Assembly (NCBI GenBank): GCA_012026655.1
Contig: JAAILG010000286.1
Coordinates: 1-64,000, forward strand
Direction: 5' to 3'
DNA: 64,000 bases
From: Hydrolagus affinis
Lineage: Eukaryota
In this document: piece by piece, positions 52,601 to 64,000 of the stretch
How the letters are laid out: each line of letters starts with the position of its first letter
How positions within the stretch are numbered: position 1 is the stretch's first letter
Program-made: the position numbers and the translations under genes
The notes under the pieces: model-generated
The model's database searches: none
Told to the model about the DNA's origin: nothing
What the model saw: only the letters and a program-made list of their open reading frames with translations

Positions 52601-55600
52601 CAACGCTGACAAAGCCCAGGTGAACAGTAGCCCCCTTGAGGTAACATGGGAGTGGTGTTGGGAGGGTGGCCAATATGTATAAAATATGCGTTAAAAGTAA
52701 ATAGGTTTCAAAGCACCCTCAAAAGAGGACAGGAGAATATTGGAGCGGGTACAGAAATAATGAAAGGTATACCAGGTGTGATCAGCCTCAACTAATTTGT
52801 TGTCTGGACACGTTCAGTGGCTTTCAGTTTATGTCAGTCACTGTGAGGGTTTCTTGCCGAGAAATGTTATTTCAGTGCATCAGGGAATGGGAGGAGGGAA
52901 GCATTTAAACTGGTTTCCCGGCAACTCGATCAACATCACAAATAATAATTACAGGGTCAAAGCATGAAATGGACCATTAGGTTACTGCTGAAAACAGAAT
53001 TAAGAAACTGCACCTGGACTCCCTCCTACCCATTGAGATCACAGAGACCCTGCAGCTATCACTCAGGTGGCACAATTCTGTAGGTATCATGATTAAGTAC
53101 CCACAAGGCAACTTTATGCAACATTCACACAACTAGGTAAACAACTGCAGACCATTCGAGGAAATGGAGAACTGGTGATTTGTGTTTTGGTTGTGTACAT
53201 CTTCCTCTGCTTCCTTCCCTTACCAGTGAAAGTCAACTTGTAGGTGTTCCCACATTCTATGTTTGTCACCTCCTTTATCCCACCGTTATTATCGTGCATG
53301 GTATCGATCAAATGACTGCAGGACAAAAAGGTACAGTTATTACAATAATCAATAAGGCATCCATTATAACCCCTACATATAACTATTTGTTACAAAGATG
53401 TAAAATAACCAATAGCATTTGTTTTGATGTTCTAGGTGAATGGAGCAATATATTGTACACTGAATGCTGCATTATTTGGATGAAATAATAAAGAGTGTGT
53501 AATCTTAACCGTATATTATGATATGAAATGAATTTAGTTATTAATCAATGAAAACCGGTTGATAATAATGCACATTTCAAGATCCCACTTCTCTCCAACG
53601 TTAATTTAATAAAAACAATGTAGTACAACTTGGTTCACATATTAAGAATTTTAAATTGATTGGGGGTATCAGAGGGGGTCTCTGGTAGTCTTGAAGCCAT
53701 ACTCCAGGGTGGGACAGAATAAAAGTGTAGAAAACTAACTAAAAGGATTATGAATACGTACTTGAGACTGATGTCTGATGTTCCGTTTAAGGGTGTCCTC
53801 AACTGTTGTGTCTGCTCTGGATTAACAGCTTTGATCACTTTATTAATATCAGCAGCCCAGGAATCACGTTCTTCACGGGAACAAGCTTGAAGGTAATGCT
53901 CAATACATGTCTGAGTCTTCAATTTAATCATCAGCTATTAAAAAAAATGTACGTGCTCAGACTTAATCCTCAGCTTCAGTTCTTGTTTTTTTGTGTGACA
54001 AAGTTCTATCCTAAATTGACAGTTTGTATTGTAGCCACATGATTATTGCCAGTTGCAGGTCTCGGCTAAAGACCTTTCTCTTCGACCGCGCCTTCGATCA
54101 CCTTTCTCCCCCTGCCCCTGGCTCGCCCCCCGGGATCTGTTACTGTGAAGCGCTCTGAGACGCTGTCCAGCATGGAGGGCGCTATATAAATCAAAGTTGT
54201 TGTTGTTGTTGTATGATTCAATGGTTTGGAATGAATTTCAAATGCCAATAATCACTTAGTACTGTGTTGTCAGTCTGAACACTAACATCCTGTGTAGAAT
54301 ATTGCACTCTTATCTGGCACAAGGTTCCTTTTCCTTTTGGTCTCTAAAGGCCAGTAACATTAACATGAACAAATATGCTATTTTGGAAACGAGGGAATGG
54401 ATATACAGTACAGAACTGCACAGTACTCAGTACAGCACTGTACAGTACTGAGTTGTGTTACCAACTCCCAACAAAGCTCGCTGGGACTCCTGGTGGCTGA
54501 GCTTTCACACTGCCTAGAACATCTCTTGGATTTATATTCCACAGCTTAAGTTTGTTGAAAACACAGAGGACAACACAACAGTCTGCATCCTGCTTTCTTA
54601 TAGGAAAATGTAGATCACATCCATCCCTCACCCACCATCAAACAAAGCAAATTGAAAGTACACTGTAAATGTCATATTATCCAACAAGACTTTTTGTGTT
54701 CCTTCTCCTGAAGGCATCCATTAATGTTGGGAGAAGGTTTCACAAACAAATGAGTACTGATACCTGCTGTCATCTAATCCCACAGTGGGGTCTCACATCA
54801 GAGCCCGATCCTTTTCTAACGAGATGACCACATTTCCCCGTCCCTAGCCCAGCAATGCTAAGAAACATATATAATCTGTTCTCTTGCCTGCCTGACATCT
54901 ATTAACTCTTAAAGAGTTACACTTTACTCCTATCATTTAACAGCTGGGAAGGTTTACTTGGAATCCGATAACAGCTTTTATGAGATGTTCAATGCCTCAG
55001 ATATCAGACTGTTCTTTGTTAAAATTAGTCTCAAACTAAAATTAAATGTAAACAGCTCAGGCAAGAGAAGACGAGCAAATAAAATAAGATCCTTCATTAA
55101 GTGATCCTTAATCTTTGAAGTCACAATAAATCAGAGAAAAAGTTTCATAGGCACTGGCGTCCACATAAAGATACTATCACTCTCATAGTTCTTACCGGCC
55201 GGTTTTCATAATCCACACAGGGACAGACAAGAGTGCAACTCTGGAGCGGAATCTGTCCTCTGGGTTGAGATTCTTTCTTTCCTTGTTCAATCTTATAGTA
55301 AAGAAGTTGATCTTTGGATAAAACAAACCACCTTGCTTTCCAGTTCTGAACAATGTGACCCTAAAATACAAACAGTTGAACGTCACCTTTAAAAAGGTCT
55401 AGTAAACAGCAGTAAGGTTCTCAATGCCACATCACAGCAGAATATTTATGTTACAGGAGAATGTTGTATTCATGTTTACATATAAAAAAGGTGACTTATT
55501 CCAATTGATGGCCCAGTTAACTCTTAAGTCTGAGTTTGAAAAGTCCCAGTTTGATTCATATTCTGTGTGCTTGCTGATCTTAACTGGAGTATGGGCATGT

Positions 55601-56136
55601 AGGACTGGGGGTGGGGGGGAAATCACCCATGTTTCCTATTCAGTGAAATCTATTGCAACGTTTGTGTGAGTTTAATAGCAAAGGTAGAAAATTGAAGTTT
55701 GAATAAAATTACCCATTTCATAAAAGACACGATGCTTTTGGTTGAAGAATAGGAGGGAGAGGGGGAGAAAGAAACTGTGTGGGGAGTTTATAAAATTGGG
55801 AGGGAGGGAACAGAACTAAAACGCTCAAAATATTCAAAAGATTCAGTCCTGAACCTTGAATATGAGAACACAAACTGTACATTTGGAAAACTGTACATTT
55901 GGAAAACGTATGAAATGCAGTTCCAGTGATTTTAAAACAAGCTCACTGTTCAGAATTATTATAATCTCCACTGATTTACCTTCAAGTATAGTACTGTAAA
56001 TATACTGTATTATTCAAGAATGACTGGTGCAAACATATTTTCCCAACTCATAGAACGAAAATAAAATAAAGCTTAGAATGAATTCAGTTTCTCTTACCCT
56101 TTTGATCAAGAATCCTTCCTTTATTGTGGTAGCCAT
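49646..56136 (-). CDS. PLEK2: Pleckstrin-2 (PH-DEP-PH), 9 coding exons, 350 aa
   Basis: Exons 56136-56098, 55360-55196, 53934-53762, 53315-53224, 52184-51997, 51658-51557, 51228-51145, 50160-50079, 49773-49646 (1053 nt, all GT-AG, phase-compatible). Motifs: KEGFLIKRGHIVQNWKARWFVL (PH1), GSSVVDWVISWNFAQSR (DEP), KQGYLMKQGHARKNWKVRKFVLR and KGNVQGNLFKIIT (PH2, PLEK2-type). Confidence 0.95.
50793..50912 (-). mobile_element. CR1-clade LINE 3' tail
   Basis: atcatagaa..tacagcagagatggaggcc..ctggctctttgaaaag..ctcccactgccccactctctccccatag is the reverse-orientation CR1 end. Confidence 0.6.
54066..54212 (+). mobile_element. L2-clade LINE 3' end, second tail subfamily
   Basis: ..gaagcgctctgagacgctgtccagcatggagggcgctatataaatcaaag(ttg)n; the same tail occurs at 25178-25260, 51000-51058 and 43797-43860. 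Confidence 0.75.
54606..54805 (+). repeat. 200-bp direct repeat, copy A (PLEK2 intron 2)
   Basis: Ungapped alignment to 56811-57010 with 16 mismatches in 200 nt. Confidence 0.95.
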
Positions 56137-56194
56137 TCCCTGCCTATTGTTGTGAAACATCCGATTTGCAAGTGTGCAAGCTGCTGAAGGCTGA

Positions 56195-56530
56195 ACTTTA
56201 AATACTCCCAAGAGAGACCACACCATGACGTGTTCACCCTTCCGCCTCCTTGTCCACACCTTAAATGGGTGCAGTCGGTATGATTTAGTCTGAGTAATAC
56301 CTGTTTACACTGTCTTTATTGGTAGGTACCAATTTGACTGGTGAGCATCATAAATAAATAAAAACAAAACACATGCATCCGTCTGGAGTGTAAATAGATA
56401 AGAGATAAACTGGAATCTCTCTCCCACACGTACACGCTGACCATGAACATTGAGATGCAGTGAGAATGTTCGCAAAATGAACAGAAGTAAACAGTGACTA
56501 TTGTTTTTTTTCGTGTGTGACCACAGATAA
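56195..56530 (-). promoter_or_regulatory. PLEK2: Putative PLEK2 proximal promoter
   Basis: TATA-like TATTTAAA at about 56198-56205, ETS CGGAAG at 56239-56244, CCACACC at 56254-56260, CArG box CCTTAAATGG at 56259-56268, and AGATAA at 56396, 56403 and 56525. Motif evidence only. Confidence 0.45.
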
Positions 56531-56810
56531 AGAGCCTCAGCAAGATATCAAGAGAATCCAATTGAGTTCTCATTGGGCACCACACAAATCCACTTTCCAG
56601 TCTGGGGATTCCAGATATCAACCAGGATTGATTGTTTCCTCCTTAAACCAGAACAATGTGCCCTGTGGATATGAGTAGCTGGAGTAGGTTACCAGGAAGT
56701 CATTGCTCAATCCAATACGCTACAGGACTCCTCTGGGATAGAAATCGTTAGAAACAATAATGATTCTTGCACATGATATAGCGCTTTTTAAAACATTTCC
56801 TAAAAGTCTC

Positions 56811-57010
56811 AAATGTAGATCACACCCACCCCTCATCCACCATCAAACAAAGTAAATTGAGAGTACACTGTAAATGTCATATTATCTAACAAAACTTGTT
56901 GTATTCCTTCTCCTGAAGGCATCCATCAATGTTGGGAGAAGGTTTCACAAACAAATGAGTACTGATACCTGCTGTCATCTAAACCCACGGGGGAATCTCA
57001 CAACAGAGCC
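56811..57010 (+). repeat. 200-bp direct repeat, copy B (upstream of PLEK2)
   Basis: Ungapped alignment to 54606-54805 with 16 mismatches in 200 nt. Confidence 0.95.
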
Positions 57011-57787
57011 ACCAATGTAATAATTACGAATACAATATAGGTTAAAAAGGGGTTATAATTCTGACACAGGGGCGAGGAATATCCCCTTACACTTTTGAGA
57101 ACTGGGTTGAATGTTTTAAAACCTCCACAAACCTACAAAGAAAACAGCATTTGGTTTCAGACAATGTACAGTGTTCGAATAGACATCTTTGTCCTGAATA
57201 TACTTCTGGAAATGTAGACATTTCAAAACACACCACGTCGTTAAGATAAACATTACCAAGCCTAGGTAATTCCCAAACCCGCCAGCCTATTTTATTGCTG
57301 TACATGTCTGGAGACCGACCTATGACCATGTTTGGTCATGCACCTTAACACAGTCATAGGAAAAGTCTGGCTAGTCGGAACAGGCAACACAATATTTTTT
57401 TCCCCAGCTAACAATTTCAGACATGATCGAACGATTTATTCACAGCACAGGCAATTGTTTATTAAGTAATTTTCCAGAACGGTTTGTTGTAGTGGCTAAA
57501 CAGTCAATTGTGGTTTAGATGAACTCATTCAATCAGTATGAAGTAATTTTCAAGAATTTGATACCAGGTAAGGTAAACAGGTTCAAGACTCGAAAAATAC
57601 AGATGTATTCTTGAAATGTCTAATAGATATACAGTAGTGAGTACACATTACAATAATGAGTTGTATTAATTTATTTTGAATTTGTATATTAATTCATATT
57701 TTATGTATGTACTAAGTAACTGCATAGGACCTAAACTAATCTGACAAAACTAGATGTAATGTAATTTTATGATGGCAGACGGTAATG

Positions 57788-58080
57788 TTGGCCAAATTTC
57801 CTTGCTCCACACTCCTGTTTATCTAGCAGTAAATAGGAACCCTGTTGTTGGTCGATTGGCAGATCACTTTTCTGGGGATAACAATCCTTAAAAAAAGGTA
57901 ATAATTTGGTCACTCAATCTACGACTGTCTGTGGGACACTACTCTGTGCTGCGTTTCGCCAACCCTAACCTTATAGTCAGTTAATAATTATTCACTATAC
58001 AGTATATTCTATGAGGCTCTTTGAGAATCTAGAAGACATGACAAGCACTATATCAAATGCAAGAATTATTATTATTATTT
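57788..58080 (+). mobile_element. Same SINE family, 5'-truncated (3' fragments also at about 8208-8330-, 15930-16030-, 21901-21975-, 27600-27714+, 43635-43700-, 46021-46200-, 46481-46625-, 56755-56813-, 59617-59745+, 63440-63560-)
   Basis: Shared tail ttcactttacagtatattctgtgaagtgctttgaga..aagcgctatatcaaatgcaag(att)n. Confidence 0.75.
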
Positions 58081-58390
58081 AAAAACTAGTTTGAAACTAC
58101 AATTTAAATTAACCACAGGAATATTTTTTCCTCAATGAAGGTAACCTTTGAACATAAATAATTGTCCTCTTCAAATCTCATTGTGAAAATTTTAGGTCAA
58201 GGTTTCTTAAAGCATTTGCCAAACCCAGTAATTAAGATCAACAAGTTAAAAAATCAGTTTGAGTTGTTTGCTGAAATGGCATGACTGTGGGTGGAACTAT
58301 GCTCTTAAATGAGATACTAAACAAATCCTGCATTGCACAACTCTTTAAAATCGGATGAAAATTGCTTAATGCAAGTTTATAGTACAGATT

Positions 58391-58800
58391 AACAACAACA
58401 ACAACAACAAAATGACACTTGTGTAGCGCCTTTCAAGTTAGGATGTCCCAAGGTGCTGGACATTCAATGCTTCAGACCTGAGCTGAGGACGGGGTGGGGT
58501 GGGTGGGGGGGAATGGAAGGTGGTGATTAGGAGTTGCTGATGGGTCCATCAAAGAGGAGTTTTGAGGCAGGACTTGAAGGAGGCCAGAAAGGGGGTGAGG
58601 TGGAGGGACTGCGGGATGGAGTTCCAGAGGTCGGGGGCAGAGTGGTTGAAGTTTCGCCCAATGTTTCGCCAATGGTGGGGTGAGTGGGTTGGGGGATGTG
58701 GAGCAGGCCAGGGCCTGCTGAGCAGAGTGGGTGGGCAGGTTGGTAAGGAGATAGGTCACAGATGTAGGGTGGGGCGAGGTTGTGGAAGGCTTTAAATGTG
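58391..58800 (-). mobile_element. L2-clade LINE 3' fragment
   Basis: (CAA)n tail, stem-loop tail and a GC-rich body matching the 36497-36875 copy. Confidence 0.85.
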
Positions 58801-60301
58801 ACACACTGTATTAAGTGCTACAGTGATATACAATATTCTGAGTCAAACACACTTATTTTGTTTGCTACACACACAGCTGACCCATTCCTAAACTTTCACC
58901 AAAACCTATAGAACTTGATATAATGATGCGGAATCCCTTTCAGGAGAGCAGCATAGCTAAGATTCAGAATTGCGTGTGGGTTAACATTTGTTCCACCATA
59001 CATTTTAATACCTTGTGGCAAAATGTATTGATCCAAGATAATATCTGCACCAAGGAGATGCTGAAAGGTTCATTTATTCCCAGAGTAGGGGTCAACTTTA
59101 GTTAGGCAACCTAAGGCTGCAAACATCTAAACATCTTGCAACACCTCAGTCAGTCAGGTAGGCCTACAAAATTCTTGTTGAATCAAATTATTTGATTGGA
59201 AATTTGAAGTGCATAAATTACAGCAGGGTAGGGCAAAACCAATCGCTTGGAGGAAAAAAAACTCTTAATTTCAACAATTGTACAGTATACTTACTTTGCT
59301 GTTATGGAACCAAATTATAGTATTTAGTTAGAATTCAGTAGTATACTTAGTCATTTCCTATTGGTTGTATATTTTAAATTAATTTAGGTTTAGTATTGTA
59401 TAGGATTGTGTCAGATGCAGTTTGTCTGAAACTAGATATTTGTTGTGCTGTTATGATTCGTCAACCGTTAGAAAAAGTAATCATGGTCCAAAGCACTGAT
59501 TCTCCAGCACCTTAGGACATCATTCCAACAGGAAAGGCACTATACAAATGTAGTTTTGTTGTTGCTACAAGTTTGTGTGATTTTCTGAAACTTCCTGCAT
59601 CAAAATATAATTTCATATGCGCAATTGGCTGCCGTGTTTCACCCACAAAATAGTCAATTCACTTTACAGTATATTTTGTGAAGTGCTTTGAGAGGTCTAG
59701 AAGATATGAAAAGCGCTATATCAAACGCAAAAATTATTATTATTATTGTTGTTATCATAGGTTTAAATCACAGGATCCCTTCTGGTGTTTTCTTTGCCCA
59801 TTAAATGTTCTGGGTTTAAAGATTTGTGACCCAAGTCAAAAATATCTGCGATTTCTATTCACCTTTATCTTGGTAAGAGGTGGTGTGACGGGCACAAAGC
59901 AATGCCTTTTCTTTTGAAATGAGATACCAGATTACATTCAATTTAATTCTAGTGTAAGTTATTGAATCTCAGAAGACCTAAACAAGTAGTCAGTTAACTA
60001 TGAAAACATTTCAAATCCAACCCGTTGTAAATTGCAATTTCATCTATTAATGAAGAAAATGCAATAAGAACTTGTAGATACTGAATAACAGCTATGATTA
60101 AATTTTAAGGTTCATATCAAAGTTGCAAAATCATATTTACATAGATCTTTAAAATAACAAAATCAAAATACAGCATTGTGAGATAAAATTGTTTAATATG
60201 TTACTTAATTATATCTCATACCACAAAGAACTAATGATGTGAAGCAGTTCAGTGATTTCTGAGTTGAACAAACAACTGGACCATCTTTGGTGTACTTGCC
60301 A

Positions 60302-60814
60302 TTTATTGGTAAATTCAATATCATCCTCAACCCTGTTACAGGCTTGGCATAGATAGTTATCTAGTTAACTATCTATATCATATATCAGATAGTTATCTAT
60401 GATATAGTGTGACTAGTAACAAATTAGTCCAGTAGTACAGAATCAATTTTTCACATTTCAAAAGGATGCAACAATTAGGAATTCTGATAGTTTTGATGTG
60501 GACATTTCATTTTTTTTGCTATAATCAAGTTACATTTCAGGGCATAGAGCAGAATAGTTTGGTATGGAACGTTTATTTAAAAAAAAATGTAATTGACTGA
60601 CTGCTACATGTATTTTGCACTTAAATTTTAAGCTGTGCTTATGAAAAAGTGAATACTGTATTCATTGCTTTCCAGATTGCTATTAATAATGCTCATTATT
60701 CTGGGCGAACTATGTCGCACTTAATGTGAATATGCAGCAAATGTGTCAAGATGTGGATGTGCAAATAAAAACTTTAAAGGCTTGAGGTCATTTTAAATTT
60801 TCCAAATATTTATT
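60302..60814 (-). terminator. Candidate tandem EIF2S1 polyadenylation signals
   Basis: Minus-strand AATAAA at 60809-60814, 60572-60577 and 60302-60307, downstream of the EIF2S1 stop. Confidence 0.4.
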
Positions 60815-61263
60815 GTTTCAGGTTAAATGTCGTCTGAATACAATTTTGTTAGAAAGAAATGTTCTGTCCCTTCTGCAGACATTTTCTTGTAAAACTCCAC
60901 TGCAAGGTTAAGTGTTACACAATCAGTGATTTACAAGCGTCCTGATGTAATTTTTAAGCTGTTTTTAAGATACAAGCCTAACTCCACTCCCTCCCTTAAG
61001 ATTTCACTATTTTTGGAGAACAGTTACAGCTTCTCAAAGAATTAAGACAACTGTGAACATTTTCAATAGGAACGGTTACTTTGAAAAAAAAATTCCAAAT
61101 GGTAGAAAACAATCCCTGATTGTAACCTGTATAAATGGGACATAAAATACTCTTGAATGAAGCCATTTGGATACATCCAATACTGATGGTTTTGGAGTCT
61201 GTATTTTGATTGGAGTTTACGGTTCCCTGATCCACTTCTTGTGTACATAACCTTTCTACAGCA

Positions 61264-62953
<1,690 letters not shown>

Positions 62954-62959
62954 TTAAAA

Positions 62960-63360
62960 CCTGGGGGTTGGGATTAGGGAGCATGGGGAAAAAGGTGGTA
63001 GATAGAAAGCATGGTCAAAGAGGAAGTCCTTGAGGTGGTTCTTGAAGGAGGCAAAGTATGGGGCGAGGCGGAAGGACTATGGGATGGAGCTCCAGAGGTT
63101 GGGGGCAGAATGGCTGAGGGCCTGTCTGCCAATAGTAGGGTGGGTGAGGCGGGAGATGTGAAGCAGCAGGCTGAGCAGAGAAAGTGGGCAGGTTGGTAGG
63201 GGGTTAGATCAAAGAGTTAGGGGGGAGCGATTCCATGGGAAACCAGTGCAATCGGGCGAGGGTATTATGGACATGGAGCCTAGTGTGGGAGAGGACATGG
63301 GCTGCAGAGTTCTGTTGATCTACGCTTGTGGAGGGAGGTTGTACCATATGTATAGCATTT
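62960..63360 (-). mobile_element. L2-clade LINE fragment in an EIF2S1 intron
   Basis: ORF2 motif QNSAAHVLSHT..TLARLHWFP and a body similar to the other copies. Confidence 0.75.
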
Positions 63361-64000
63361 TTAAAAATATGAACTAAAGGCCCATTGTCCTGCTCTCTCA
63401 AAAATAACCAACTAACCAGTTATAGAAAGTTGCAAGTTAATAATACTTATTACATCATCAAGATGTCTCAAAGCACTTCACAGAATATAGTGTGAAGTGA
63501 ATTGACTGCATATTTTGTAGGCAAAACGCAACAATCAAATGCTTACAGGAGTCTCCCACAAATCAACTAGATATTAATCTTCTACTACACAGTAGAATAT
63601 ATATACTGTATATATAGAGACAGGCTGATATAGATTAGCAAATATTTGCATGTGATGGTCTTGAAATAATTCTGTTTATCACTGGAACCAATCACTACAG
63701 ATGCTGGTTGAGGCAGACGGACAAGTACCACACTTCTCGGGCTTTCCCAGCATTATCTTACATATTTCCAATTATTATAGGAATATTTGCAAATTCTCAA
63801 TCTCCTTAAACTTTTGTTTAATCTCAGATGCTTTTTGGGATCAAACCATTTACTCCAGTCTGTGAAGGGTGCTGGTCCTTAGATTATCTCTTCTGCTGAG
63901 TGGATTCATCCCTCTTAATACCCCAGCGCAAACCTGAAAACTTGGCGACAGGGGCTGCAAAATCCGAGGTGCATGCATCTTTTCACCTCCAAATATTGCT

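Noticed and set aside
55872-55907. Tandem 16-bp duplication (aaactgtacatttgga x2); a similar one at about 25622-25656
   Set aside because: Ordinary slippage duplications in introns with no sign of function.
351-59565. Recurring 60-80 nt motif as a CRISPR-like array
   Set aside because: The copies are dispersed, in both orientations and irregularly spaced in a vertebrate genome; they are retroposon 3' tails.

Overview
Eukaryotic, intron-rich vertebrate genomic DNA. The repeat content (DeuSINE/tRNA-SINE, L2 and CR1 tails) suggests a cartilaginous fish, probably a chimaera; this is an inference. Four spliced protein-coding genes were reconstructed by hand with phase-consistent splice sites. (1) A complete ZFYVE26/spastizin on the minus strand: 41 coding exons, about 2573 aa, one GC-AG intron, and a CpG-rich promoter with CLEAR/M-box motifs. 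(2) A 4-exon, 144-aa galectin-related protein (LGALSL-like) gene on the plus strand that the ORF track misses. (3) A complete PLEK2 on the minus strand: 9 coding exons, 350 aa. (4) The last two coding exons of EIF2S1 on the minus strand. There is a 100-N assembly gap at 40531-40630. The most notable observations are the GRP-like gene beside PLEK2 (probably a duplicate of LGALSL absent from the human locus, with a half-retained sugar-binding site), a TTAA/AGG fold-back MITE just upstream of it, an 88-nt hairpin MITE, a 200-bp direct repeat bracketing PLEK2 exons 1-2, and a gene order that differs from human 14q23-24. I see no evidence for a wholly new multi-gene system. All homology calls are from recalled protein and repeat motifs, not from database searches.
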